A DNA stretch of 64,000 bases from Candidatus Woesebacteria bacterium (GTDB lineage: Bacteria > Patescibacteriota > Saccharimonadia > Saccharimonadales > EFPC-124): NCBI GenBank assembly GCA_050115675.1, contig JASFQB010000002.1:4376-68375 (forward strand), read 5' to 3'. The translations under genes and the position numbers were made by a program. This document shows, in pieces, positions 22,677-31,662 of this stretch (positions are counted from its first letter, which is position 1; each line of letters starts with the position of its first letter). The notes beneath the pieces were generated by a model that worked only from the letters and a program-made list of their open reading frames with translations, was not told the origin of the DNA and made no database searches.

Positions 22677-23207
22677 TTATTGCAGATTCTTTTTGTATTT
22701 AATCCCATGCCATACTGTTGTGGCAAAAAATCCTAGCAGAATTGCAATAAATAGCCAGTGCAAAATTGGAGTAAACGCCACGTAATTTACTGGCAGGCTT
22801 GGATCTTGCGAAAGGTAGACATTTCGCCAATCAAGCGTGCAAACTGTGGCGTAAAGACAGGCGGCAGCTGTTGTATTGGCAATCCAGTCAACAGCCTTTG
22901 GTACGGGACTACTAGCCAAAAATCCCACGCCAAGTAAAAGTTGAACGCCTGCGATAACTGTAAGGGTGTTTGCGTAACTGTGTAGTGAGCTAACGCTATT
23001 TTCGGAATTAGACTGAGAAACGATTGCATAATATGCAACATTTTTGGCAATTACTGCCAAAACTAGCATTGCCCCCATGCCAATAATCACCCGGTAAAGT
23101 CTTGGGTGCCTTTTTCGATTAAAAAACATGATTGTCGACAGAGTTACAGCGCACAATACTGCAAGTGCGTTGGGAGCTTGGCTCCCTGACAGCCAATCAA
23201 TTCCCAT
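22677..23207 (-). CDS. hypothetical polytopic membrane protein
   Basis: Multiple hydrophobic helices. Preferred start is MGIDWLSG with an AAGGGG ribosome-binding site. Confidence 0.55.
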   Translation of the reverse strand: MGIDWLSGSQAPNALAVLCAVTLSTIMFFNRKRHPRLYRVIIGMGAMLVLAVIAKNVAYYAIVSQSNSENSVSSLHSYANTLTVIAGVQLLLGVGFLASSPVPKAVDWIANTTAAACLYATVCTLDWRNVYLSQDPSLPVNYVAFTPILHWLFIAILLGFFATTVWHGIKYKKNLQ

Positions 23208-23360
23208 TTTTTGCCCCTTTGGTTGTCGAACCAACACTCAGACCAATTATATAATACCGTGGCAAGTAGGGCAACTTATTGCGTGTGGTAGTTGACTAAA
23301 GTTTAAAAACATACTATTGTATTTTAGACCATATTTACAATTGCTCCAAAGGAGTGAGCG

Positions 23361-24194
23361 ATGGCGAATCCATTTGCCAAGGGATTTAAGTATCTGATGG
23401 CACTTTTTGGTGCTAGGATTGATGAGTATGCGGACCCGAAGGTTCAAATTCAGCAAGCTATTGAAGAGCACCAGCGACAACATCAGGCGCTAGTGCAGCA
23501 GGCTGCTGCGGTCATAGGTAATCAGCGACAGCTAGAAATGCGGCTTTCGCGAGCACTTGCCGAAGTCGAGCAGCTTCAGGCATCTGCGCGGCAAGCGCTG
23601 GCTCTTGCAGACAATGCTCGAGCCAGTGGCAACGACGCTGAGGTCGCAAGATGCGAAGATGCGGCTGGGGTTTTTGCTACTAAGCTAGTTGCGGCAGAGC
23701 AGTCACTTGAAGATCTTAAGGCAATGCACGATGGAGCAGCGCAGGCTGCCCGGCAGGCCCAGCGGGCTGTAGAAAACAACGCCATGGCGCTTCAGCAAAA
23801 GCTTGCCGAGCGTACTAAGTTGCTTAGTCAGCTTGAGCAAGCCAAGATGCAAGAGCAGACCGCCACGGCGCTTGAGGGTATGTCGGCGCTTGCCGCGCCT
23901 GGCAATACGCCGTCGCTTGATGAGGTTCGAGATCGGATTGAGCGGCGCTACGCCAATGCTATGGGCAGGGCTGATCTGGCTCAAAATACTGTTGAAGGCA
24001 GAATGCTAGAGGTTCAAAAGACAACGTTGGATATGGCTGGGGCGGCAAGACTCGAGGCTATTCGTGCAGGCATGAATAACAGCGGTCAACCGGCCGTTGC
24101 CGGTACATCTGGCACGCCAAGCGCAATTGGTGGTGGTTCGGTAGTTGACCCCAAGGTTGCCGAGGCCATGGCGCGTCTGCGCCAGCAAGGGTGA
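23361..24194 (+). CDS. pspA: PspA/IM30 family protein
   Basis: [36 protein letters not shown] and a long coiled-coil region typical of PspA/Vipp1. The segment is visibly G+C-rich. Confidence 0.85.
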   Translation: MANPFAKGFKYLMALFGARIDEYADPKVQIQQAIEEHQRQHQALVQQAAAVIGNQRQLEMRLSRALAEVEQLQASARQALALADNARASGNDAEVARCEDAAGVFATKLVAAEQSLEDLKAMHDGAAQAARQAQRAVENNAMALQQKLAERTKLLSQLEQAKMQEQTATALEGMSALAAPGNTPSLDEVRDRIERRYANAMGRADLAQNTVEGRMLEVQKTTLDMAGAARLEAIRAGMNNSGQPAVAGTSGTPSAIGGGSVVDPKVAEAMARLRQQG

Positions 24195-24208
24195 TATGGT
24201 AAGTTTTT

Positions 24209-24245
24209 GGTGCTACACTTGGCAATAAATACTAAGTGTAGCACC
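24209..24245. terminator. bidirectional hairpin terminator between convergent genes
   Basis: 12-bp stem ggtgctacactt / aagtgtagcacc. Confidence 0.65.
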
Positions 24246-24291
24246 ACTTTAAGCTTGATTAATGTTCTTGTTTGTGCTTGGGTATTACAAA

Positions 24292-25245
24292 TTATAGAAA
24301 ATCAGCAATTTGTAATACGCGAGATTCTCGCCCTTTGGTTAGCTTAAGCGTGGTATGCTTTAATATTGATCGAATATTATCCTTGGTTGTAATGGCTTGC
24401 CATCCAATTTTTCCTATAAGTATCGATGAGTTCTCATAAATGTCTAGCTCATCAATCAAAGCTTGTTCTTGGTTGACGGTGTCGCCTCTTAAAAACTGCT
24501 GCGTCTTGCTGACAAATTCTGCATTAAGCATGTCACTAATGCCTGTTTTGCAGGTGCTTAATATGGCGAACCACTCAGGTTCGGCTTTTTGCCAGATACG
24601 AAATATCATACCAGACTTAACGTCTGATTCTAATGACTGCTTGGGGCTGTTTGTTGCCATCAGATAACTGTTATTTTCTGCTAATTCGTTTGCAAGATTG
24701 TCTAGAATAGCTGACGCAACAATGCGGAAGAGCGGTAGTAGTTCTCTGTTGGAATCTGCAAAGGAGTTGTCAAATAGCAACTCGCATCGTAATTGTCGTG
24801 TTCTTGCTGCTGTGCTGGTTGTCCACATAAGCCTTCGACTTCGACGATGGTTGTGCACGTCGAAAGAGCCAAATTGCTCAATTGGACACCAAGGTGTTGC
24901 GTCAATTTGTTGTAAGTACTTTATAGCTGACTCGTCGTCTTTGCCACTGAATATGACCTTTTTTTCTGCGATTATCTCTTTAAGGCTATTTTCAATGCTA
25001 CTGTTGTCAAATGACAGCTTTAAAAACTGTATATCATTTTTTGCATTTTTTGCTTCTTCGGAGTACAAAATAATTTCCACCCATATAAATCCACCATGGT
25101 ACGTTTTGCCTTGATAGGCGTAATCCAGATAATTCAGTAATTTACGCTTTTTTAAAAGACGCACAACTTGTCTAAGGTATATATGCTCATATAAATGGGC
25201 CAATTCAATTTCGGGGCAAATTTTTAGAAGTGTAAGTGTTTGCAT
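24292..25245 (-). CDS. hypothetical protein carrying an N-terminal HxxEH motif (possible M16/insulinase-like relic)
   Basis: 317-aa ORF. ELAHLYEHIY matches the inverted zinc motif HxxEH. Nothing else is recognisable by eye. Confidence 0.5.
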   Translation of the reverse strand: MQTLTLLKICPEIELAHLYEHIYLRQVVRLLKKRKLLNYLDYAYQGKTYHGGFIWVEIILYSEEAKNAKNDIQFLKLSFDNSSIENSLKEIIAEKKVIFSGKDDESAIKYLQQIDATPWCPIEQFGSFDVHNHRRSRRLMWTTSTAARTRQLRCELLFDNSFADSNRELLPLFRIVASAILDNLANELAENNSYLMATNSPKQSLESDVKSGMIFRIWQKAEPEWFAILSTCKTGISDMLNAEFVSKTQQFLRGDTVNQEQALIDELDIYENSSILIGKIGWQAITTKDNIRSILKHTTLKLTKGRESRVLQIADFL

Positions 25246-25265
25246 AATAAGGTTGAGTTAAATGT

Positions 25266-25304
25266 GACTGCTCCCTCTATTATGCATATATAGAGGGAGC
25301 AGTC
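25266..25304. terminator. 39-bp perfect palindrome / hairpin
   Basis: Arms gactgctccctctat / atagagggagcagtc flank the loop tatgcatat. It lies between the 25320 gene end and the 25245 gene start. Confidence 0.6.
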
Positions 25305-25319
25305 GAGGGCTAATTATGG

Positions 25320-25487
25320 CTATCTCTTTTTGCCGCCACCTTTACCCTTGGTGCCAGTCAGCGAGTCGTGGTGGTTTTTGGACTTGCCAAACTTACCAGA
25401 CTTCGAGCCGGCACTCTTGACAGTCTTCTTTCCGCTACTCAGAAAGGTCCAGCCAAGGCCGCCCTTGCCACCTTTACCACGAGCCAT
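25320..25487 (-). CDS. small Gly/Lys-rich basic protein
   Basis: MARGKGGKGGLGW...GKGGGKKR, with an AGAGG ribosome-binding site and the palindromic terminator downstream. Confidence 0.4.
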   Translation of the reverse strand: MARGKGGKGGLGWTFLSSGKKTVKSAGSKSGKFGKSKNHHDSLTGTKGKGGGKKR

Positions 25488-25598
25488 TTTGGTTACCTCT
25501 TTCAAGGCGAGAGTGACAACAAAACATTGTCACACAACGTACCTAGGCGGTCGTCTAGTCAGAAGTAATTATATATATATATATTAATATTTGTCAAC

Positions 25599-25607
25599 TG
25601 GTATAAT
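25599..25607 (+). promoter_or_regulatory. extended -10 (TGgTATAAT) 6 nt before the uvrC ATG (leaderless-type)
   Basis: acTGgTATAATaaacttATG. It is preceded by a (TA)7 repeat at 25570-25584. Confidence 0.45.
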
Positions 25608-25613
25608 AAACTT

Positions 25614-27098
25614 ATGAACTCAAAACTGCAGCAAAAGTTAAAAACATTGCCCGCCACGCCTGGAGTTTATTTTCATAAATCCGCCAGCGGCGAGATTATT
25701 TATGTTGGCAAAGCTGCGGTTTTAAAAAATCGCGTGCGGCAGTATTTTCAAAAAAATCGTTTGCGCGATGCTAAGACGGACGCGCTTGTTGCCGAAATAG
25801 CAGATACAGATTGGGTGCAAACCGAGTCCGAAATTGATGCGCTATTTTTAGAATCCGAGATGGTAAAACGCTACATGCCGCGCTACAACATATTGCTGCG
25901 CGATGACAAATCGCTAAATTACGTGCGTATAAACATGCGCGATCCGTATCCGCACATAAGTTTTACGCGTCAGCCAATGGACGATGGCGCAGAGTATTTT
26001 GGCCCATACTACAACGGCTATGCTGTTAAAAAAGCGTTGCGCTATTTGCGAAAGGTGTTTCCGTATTCTACTCATCACACAATGCCGGCTCGTGTTTGTT
26101 TGCAATACCATTTGGGGCTTTGTCCTGGGGTGGAGGCGCAAAAAATATCTAGTAAAGATTATAAAATTACGCTTCGCAAGCTAATAATGTATTTAAAGGG
26201 CGAGCGTAAGCAGCTGGTTGCTCAGCTTGAAAGTGAGATGAAACTTGCCGCAACAAATCAAGAGTTTGAAAAAGCAGCAAAGCTGCGAAACCAAATATAC
26301 AACCTAAAAGAGCTGCAGAAACAAATTTTATTTAGCGACCGTGAGTTTTTAGATATCAGCAAAGACGAAGCTTTAACTGGACTCGCTAATCTTTTAGGTT
26401 TGTCAGACGTGCCGCGGCGAATAGAAGGCTACGATATCAGTCACATGCAGGGCACAAACAACGTTGCCAGTATGGTTGTGGCAACAAACGGTGTTGCAGA
26501 CAAGGCCGAATATCGCAAATTTAAACTTAGAATTCCTGGTAATAACGACTTTGCGCACATGAACGAAGTTATAAGCAGACGCTTTGACGGAAAGCACGCT
26601 GACTGGCCCAAGCCAGATTTGCTGCTAATAGATGGTGGCAAGGGTCAGCTTGAGGCGGTTGCCAAAATTTTAAGCGAAAAAGACTTAAAAATCCCGGCAA
26701 TTGGTTTGGCAAAAAGGCTAGAAGAAATAATTGTAAGTAAAAAATCGTCCAATGTAATTTTAAACGCTGTAGCCTGTCATGACACAATTATTACCGAAAA
26801 CACAGATTATTTTGTGGTGCTGCTACCTAAAGATTCGCATATCGTAAAGTTGTTGCAGCGCATTCGCGACGAGTCTCACCGTTTTGCGGTTAGCTACCAC
26901 ACGGTTTTAAAAAGACAAAGGCAAACGGCCAGCGAGCTAGAAGAAATTGCAGGAATTGGCCCAGCAACCCGCAAAAAACTAATTCAGTCTTTTGGGAGTT
27001 TGCGCGCAGTAAAAGCTGCTACTCGTCAACAAATTGTGGCTGCGGTAGGTGAGGCAAAAACTCGTGTTTTGTGGCCGTATGTGCAAAATAAAAAGTAG
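25614..27098 (+). CDS. uvrC: excinuclease ABC subunit C (short form)
   Basis: GIY-YIG N-domain (PGVYFHKSASGEIIYVGKA...LKNRVRQYF), UVR domain, RNase H-like endonuclease domain and C-terminal HhH (IAGIGPATRKKL). Confidence 0.9.
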   Translation: MNSKLQQKLKTLPATPGVYFHKSASGEIIYVGKAAVLKNRVRQYFQKNRLRDAKTDALVAEIADTDWVQTESEIDALFLESEMVKRYMPRYNILLRDDKSLNYVRINMRDPYPHISFTRQPMDDGAEYFGPYYNGYAVKKALRYLRKVFPYSTHHTMPARVCLQYHLGLCPGVEAQKISSKDYKITLRKLIMYLKGERKQLVAQLESEMKLAATNQEFEKAAKLRNQIYNLKELQKQILFSDREFLDISKDEALTGLANLLGLSDVPRRIEGYDISHMQGTNNVASMVVATNGVADKAEYRKFKLRIPGNNDFAHMNEVISRRFDGKHADWPKPDLLLIDGGKGQLEAVAKILSEKDLKIPAIGLAKRLEEIIVSKKSSNVILNAVACHDTIITENTDYFVVLLPKDSHIVKLLQRIRDESHRFAVSYHTVLKRQRQTASELEEIAGIGPATRKKLIQSFGSLRAVKAATRQQIVAAVGEAKTRVLWPYVQNKK

Positions 27099-27127
27099 CG
27101 TGTGTTGCTAAAAATGCAACACACGCT
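27097..27127. terminator. bidirectional hairpin terminator
   Basis: 12-bp stem agcgtgtgttgc / gcaacacacgct between convergent uvrC and the 27134 gene. Confidence 0.7.
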
Positions 27128-27133
27128 GTGGTA

Positions 27134-27388
27134 TCAGGAGATTCTTCCGCTAATTGTTTTAAACTTGCCGCCAGCTCCAGGTCGACGACCGTTAAGGAGT
27201 TGTCTAGCTCCGCCTGGCCCGATTTGAATAATAGGCTGCTGACAGTTTGAGCAGCAGTAATACGTAACGGCGGCATCAGTTTGCGCTGATCCAAGCTTTG
27301 AGCTGCAACAGTCAGTGCGAATTACTCCATCGTTGCCAACATAGCCATTGCCAGCGGGCAAGCTGTAGTTGTGCATTGTGTAAGGCAT
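27134..27388 (-). CDS. small Cys-rich Gly-rich protein (84 aa), unknown function
   Basis: MPYTMHNYSL... with a GGAG ribosome-binding site. Contains CC-x17-CC-x2-C. A terminator follows directly. Confidence 0.5.
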   Translation of the reverse strand: MPYTMHNYSLPAGNGYVGNDGVIRTDCCSSKLGSAQTDAAVTYYCCSNCQQPIIQIGPGGARQLLNGRRPGAGGKFKTISGRIS

Positions 27389-27474
27389 TGCTTTCTCCTG
27401 TCGAACGTAGTTGAATGTCCCGCCTATTTTTATCACATTATTGGTAACAATATCAAATATGTTACGCTAAAAAT

Positions 27475-28686
27475 ATGTTTGATGCAGATTTTTTTACCAA
27501 TAATCGAAAGAGGCTTTATAAAAAACTTGGACAAAATGGTTTTTTAATGCTAACTGCAAATGGTCAAATGCAGCATTGTGATGATCAGTCGTACAAGTTT
27601 AAACAAGAGGCCAATTTTTGGTATTTAACAGGCTTAAATAAAAGCGACTGGTTTTTGTTGGTAGATTTGCACAGTCAAAAAGAATACCTGGTTGCCACAA
27701 AGCTGGCTTGGTATCAAGAAGTTTTTGACGGAATTATTGACGGTGGTAGTGCTGCAAAAATTAGCGGCATATCAGAGGTGCTAAATGACAAGCAAGGGCG
27801 GCAGCTGCTTAATGATATGCTTAAAAAATACAAAACCGCCTATACAATTTTGCCGCGTCCGCGCAAATATTATGGATTTTATACCAACAGAGCCCAGTAT
27901 GATCTGGTTAAAAAGCTAAAAAGCGTAGAAGTTAAAGATATTAGACTTAAATTACAGCAACTGCGTGCGATTAAACAGCCAGTCGAAATTGAAGCAATCC
28001 AAAAAGCCATAGACATTACCTCTGTCGGAATAACAGAGGTAGTAAGGCAACTGCCAAATATAAAATACGAGTACGAGGCAGAGGCAATTTTAAGCTACGA
28101 ATTCCGCCGCAGGGGGGCATCTGGCCACTTTTTTGACCCAATTGTTGCAAGTGGTGCCAATAGCCAAACCTTGCATTATGTAGAAAATAATTCACCAATC
28201 AAAAAACCTACCTGGCTTTTAATGGACGTAGGCGCAGAATATTGTAATTACGGCGGGGATATAAGTCGCACCTTACCAGTGGGTAGTCCAACTAAGCGCC
28301 AGCAAGACATTTTTAACTCTGTAAAAAATGTTCATGATTTGGTGATAAGAAATTGCCAGCCAGGAATGTCTGTAAAAGATTATATTGACGGCTTTGAGCG
28401 TGCAATGGGTGAAGAGTTAATAAGTTTAGGATTGATTAAGAACTTATCCGACAAAGAGCAAATATATAAGTGGATGCCGCATGCTGTTTCGCACGGTTTG
28501 GGTATTGATCCGCACGACTCGTTGGGTGGTGCAAAAACGCTTGAAGAGGGTATGGTTTTGACGGTGGAGCCAGGAATTTATGTAAAAGCAGACAATGTTG
28601 GCATGCGAATAGAAGATGATGTTCTAATCACAAAAGATGGACCGGTTGTCTTGAGCGGCAAGCTGCCAGTTGTGTTGGCGCGGTAA
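27475..28686 (+). CDS. Xaa-Pro aminopeptidase / M24B family peptidase
   Basis: Pita-bread-fold metal ligands in context (LMDVGAEYCNYGGDISRT, HGLGIDPHD, VLTVEPGIY, RIEDDVLIT). Confidence 0.85.
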   Translation: MFDADFFTNNRKRLYKKLGQNGFLMLTANGQMQHCDDQSYKFKQEANFWYLTGLNKSDWFLLVDLHSQKEYLVATKLAWYQEVFDGIIDGGSAAKISGISEVLNDKQGRQLLNDMLKKYKTAYTILPRPRKYYGFYTNRAQYDLVKKLKSVEVKDIRLKLQQLRAIKQPVEIEAIQKAIDITSVGITEVVRQLPNIKYEYEAEAILSYEFRRRGASGHFFDPIVASGANSQTLHYVENNSPIKKPTWLLMDVGAEYCNYGGDISRTLPVGSPTKRQQDIFNSVKNVHDLVIRNCQPGMSVKDYIDGFERAMGEELISLGLIKNLSDKEQIYKWMPHAVSHGLGIDPHDSLGGAKTLEEGMVLTVEPGIYVKADNVGMRIEDDVLITKDGPVVLSGKLPVVLAR

Positions 28687-28707
28687 CTTCTTGAATAGTC
28701 AACAAGG

Positions 28708-28716
28708 TGCTATAAT
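28708..28716 (+). promoter_or_regulatory. extended -10 (TGcTATAAT) 8 nt before the ATG (leaderless-type)
   Basis: ggTGcTATAATaagcacatATG. Confidence 0.45.
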
Positions 28717-28724
28717 AAGCACAT

Positions 28725-29117
28725 ATGGGCAGACAATTTGCACTATTTTTACTACGATGGCTATTAAATAGCCTTGGATTGTGGATTGCCGCACGTATTT
28801 TACATGATAATGGCTTTGTCTACGACGAGTCTCAAGGTTTTAGTTTGTTCTTCTTTTCGGGGCTGGCATTGTCGTTAGTTAACGTTATTATAAAGCCCCT
28901 AACTGTAATATTGTCATTACCGGCAATTTTGCTAACGTTGGGGTTGTTTACAATAATCGTTAACGGCTTTATGGTGTATCTTGCGGTGGCGCTTGTTCCT
29001 AATATTCAGGTGGGTTTTTGGGCGGCGGTGTTTGCAGGTGTTATTATAAGTTTGATAAACTATGTGCTAACAAGCTTGCTTGATATGCATAATTCGAGGA
29101 CTAAAAATGGATTTTAA
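28725..29117 (+). CDS. phage holin family 4 / YvlD-like (DUF360) membrane protein
   Basis: 130 aa with four TM helices. WLLNSLGLWIAARIL and the IIKPLTVILSLPAILLTLGLFTIIVNG pattern are typical of this family. Confidence 0.7.
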   Translation: MGRQFALFLLRWLLNSLGLWIAARILHDNGFVYDESQGFSLFFFSGLALSLVNVIIKPLTVILSLPAILLTLGLFTIIVNGFMVYLAVALVPNIQVGFWAAVFAGVIISLINYVLTSLLDMHNSRTKNGF

Positions 29118-29328
29118 CCCACTTTCATTATTAACTATTATTTCGGCTATTTTGATGGTTGTTTGCATATTATTGCAGGCTAGAGGCGCTAGTTTGGGTG
29201 CAGGTTTTGGAAGCTCTGGCGAACTTTATACTACGCGCAGAGGCACAGACAAAAGCTTGTTTGAAGCAACGATTGTACTGGCGGTGATGTTTATAGGGTC
29301 GCTACTTGTAAGCTTAATTATGGGGTAA
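29107..29328 (+). CDS. secG: preprotein translocase subunit SecG
   Basis: 73 aa with two TM helices and a central LQARGASLGAGFGSSGELYTTRRG motif. Overlaps the upstream gene by 11 nt. Confidence 0.8.
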   Translation: MDFNPLSLLTIISAILMVVCILLQARGASLGAGFGSSGELYTTRRGTDKSLFEATIVLAVMFIGSLLVSLIMG

Positions 29329-29337
29329 ATCCAAAAG

Positions 29338-31137
29338 GTGGTGGGCATGGATCAAGACAAGATGGAGCAGCTCAAAAAAGTTACAGATGCCGAAACGCAT
29401 AAAAAAATTAAGCGTAAGTTACTGCATCTTGAAGGCTTAACTATTCGTCATGCACACCATTTTATTATTAGACGTTGGCAAAACCTAAAAGAGGTTAGGC
29501 GTAGCGCGGCGGGGTGGGTGATATTGGTATTATTACTTAGTGCTGCTGTTATTTGGCAATCAAGTGAAACAACAAATTATTATTCTCAAGAAATTCCTAG
29601 TGAAGGTGCAACATATTCTGAAGGAGTGGTTGGTGCAGTTGATAACTTAAACCCAATTTTTGCTAGCACGCAAGCAGAACGCTCTGTGGCACGTTTGTTA
29701 TTTGCCAGCTTACTTAAATACGACGAAAAGGGCGATCTAATAGGTGAGTTGGCTCATCATTGGTATTCCGATGACGCAGGCAAGGTTTATGAAGTTATAT
29801 TACGCGATGATGCCTATTGGAGCGATGGCGAACCTATAACATCCGCAGATGTAGTTTATACTTTCTCGGCAATAAAAAATGCTGATTCGAAGTCTCCTTT
29901 ATACAGTAGCTGGCGCAACATATCAGTAGAGGCAATTGACGAACAAAAGGTTAGATTTACGCTGCCGACAGCATACGCACCATTTTTAAGCTCGCTAACG
30001 GTTGGTATTTTACCGCAGCATAAGCTAGAGAATTTACGATTTAGTGAACTGCGAAACAACGCCTTTAATAATAATCCAACGGTTACAAGTGGCGTGTTTT
30101 CGTTTCAGGATGTTAGATCTATAAACAAGGAGCGCACACATTTTTTGGTAAGTATGGCGGCTAATGACGATTATGTACTGGGCAAACCAAAATTAAATAG
30201 ATTTCATTTGCACGCCTATGCCGACAAAGAGCATTTAGCTAGCGCATTTACAACTCAGGAGGTTGCAGCCGTAAGCGATGTGGATACTAGTCAGGTAGCA
30301 GATTTAAGCGAGTTTCATGATCCAACGATAACTATGTCGCCACTTTACAATGCGACCTATGCGTTTTTTAACATGGATAGTCCTTTTTTAACAGACGGAA
30401 ATGTGCGTCATGCTTTAGAGCTTGCAACAAATAGGTCAAGCATTATTAGCGCGCTTGATAACAGGGTAGAATTGGTCGCTGGGCCGTTGCTACCAGGACA
30501 AATTGGCTATAGCTCTGACCTCGTTCAGCCAGATGTTAACCATGCTGTCGCGGCAGAACTTTTAGATAAAGCGGGTTGGGTTTTGGATTCCTCTGGACAC
30601 AGAGTCAAAGATGGTCAGCAGCTTAAGATTAATTTAGTGACGGTAAATAGCGATGTTTACTCTAGGGTGGCACAAGAAATTGTAGATCAGTGGTCAAAAT
30701 TAGGTATCAGCTTTGAATCGCAACTGGTACGTGCGGACGATATTCAGCAAAACGTAATAGTGCCGCGTGCGTACGATGTGCTTATTTATGAAGTTGCGAT
30801 CGGCAAGGATCCCGATGTTTATGCATATTGGCATTCGTCTCAGGCAAACGAGCGCGGGTTCAACTTGTCTAACTACAAATCTACAAAGGCCGATGATGCA
30901 TTAATTAGTGCACGTGACAAATCTGATGTTGCCTTACGTGAGGCAAAGTATCGTAGCTTTATGCAGCAATGGCTTGCTGACGCGCCCGCGGTGGGGCTTT
31001 ATAGATCAAACTTGATATATGTTCAAACCAAAAAGATAACTAGTTTTGAGCCGCATGCTCTTGCTGAACAGATTGATCGCTACGCGAACATTCGCTATTG
31101 GTCAGCAAACAAAGAAAAAGCCAGGCCAACACTGTAG
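29338..31137 (+). CDS. ABC transporter substrate-binding protein, family 5 (peptide/nickel type), membrane-anchored
   Basis: N-terminal TM anchor followed by an SBP_bac_5-like body (DDAYWSDGEPITSADVVYTF, GPLLPGQIGY, etc.). Confidence 0.8.
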   Translation: MVGMDQDKMEQLKKVTDAETHKKIKRKLLHLEGLTIRHAHHFIIRRWQNLKEVRRSAAGWVILVLLLSAAVIWQSSETTNYYSQEIPSEGATYSEGVVGAVDNLNPIFASTQAERSVARLLFASLLKYDEKGDLIGELAHHWYSDDAGKVYEVILRDDAYWSDGEPITSADVVYTFSAIKNADSKSPLYSSWRNISVEAIDEQKVRFTLPTAYAPFLSSLTVGILPQHKLENLRFSELRNNAFNNNPTVTSGVFSFQDVRSINKERTHFLVSMAANDDYVLGKPKLNRFHLHAYADKEHLASAFTTQEVAAVSDVDTSQVADLSEFHDPTITMSPLYNATYAFFNMDSPFLTDGNVRHALELATNRSSIISALDNRVELVAGPLLPGQIGYSSDLVQPDVNHAVAAELLDKAGWVLDSSGHRVKDGQQLKINLVTVNSDVYSRVAQEIVDQWSKLGISFESQLVRADDIQQNVIVPRAYDVLIYEVAIGKDPDVYAYWHSSQANERGFNLSNYKSTKADDALISARDKSDVALREAKYRSFMQQWLADAPAVGLYRSNLIYVQTKKITSFEPHALAEQIDRYANIRYWSANKEKARPTL

Positions 31138-31217
31138 GTGGATGTCTTGATTTTTTGGTCATAAGTTATTATTATATTGCATAAAGCTGGTGCTAATATT
31201 TGCGCTATAGATAAGTA

Positions 31218-31385
31218 AAAACCAGTTCTATGCGCGAGTGGCGGAATGGCGAGTATTGCCAGTGGCAATGCGAGTTTTCCTACTTAACGCCTGAGTGGCG
31301 GGCTTTGCCCAAACTAAGGGATAAGTGCAAGACGCGCTACAGACGTACTTTACAAAACCAGTTCTATGCGCGAGTGGCGGAATGG
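31218..31385 (+). repeat. 32-nt direct repeat (tRNA-Leu upstream region + first 18 nt) flanking a 104-nt tRNA-like scrap
   Basis: aaaaccagttctatgcgcgagtggcggaatgg occurs at 31218-31249 and 31354-31385. The spacer contains further tRNA-like pieces (ctgagtggcgg, aagacgcgctac). Confidence 0.8.
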
Positions 31386-31453
31386 TAGACGCGCTACCTT
31401 GAGGTGGTAGTGTCCTAACGGACGTGGAGGTTCAAGTCCTCTTTCGCGCACCA
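31368..31453 (+). tRNA. tRNA-Leu (anticodon GAG)
   Basis: Cloverleaf drawn by hand: acceptor GCGCGAG/TTCGCGC, anticodon loop TTGAGGT, long variable arm, T-loop TTCAAGT, encoded CCA. Confidence 0.9.
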
Positions 31454-31470
31454 AGTTGAATTACAGATAT

Positions 31471-31526
31471 AAAAGTGTTCCACAGCTCAAACCATTGAGC
31501 ATCAATGTGGAACACTTTTGTTTTTT
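31471..31526 (+). terminator. rho-independent terminator after tRNA-Leu
   Basis: 14-bp stem aaaagtgttccaca / tgtggaacactttt followed by a T-run. Confidence 0.7.
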
Positions 31527-31631
31527 ACCTACAGACTGAAATGAGATTTAATAAAAAGCTATGATCACGCGAATGTGAGTTATAGGCACTTTCGTGGAGC
31601 TTTTTAACGAGTTTTACCTCTGTTATTGACG

Positions 31632-31661
31632 GATAAGTAATGTCGGTAGACATTACTTATC
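31632..31661 (+). promoter_or_regulatory. perfect 13-bp-stem hairpin ending 1 nt before the transposase ATG
   Basis: gataagtaatgtc ggta gacattacttatc. It would sequester the translation-initiation region. Confidence 0.5.
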
Positions 31662-31662
31662 T

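Noticed and set aside
25570-25584. (TA)7 dinucleotide repeat upstream of uvrC as a phase-variation element
   Set aside because: It is short and lies upstream of the -10 box rather than between promoter hexamers. There is no evidence that it modulates spacing. It is noted only as promoter context.
25330-25587. Plus-strand ORFs (85 and 66 aa) opposite the small Gly/Lys-rich gene
   Set aside because: These Pro/Leu-rich translations are the complement of a G/K-rich frame, and no ribosome-binding site is present. The minus-strand ORF has a ribosome-binding site and a terminator, although it is itself only moderately supported.
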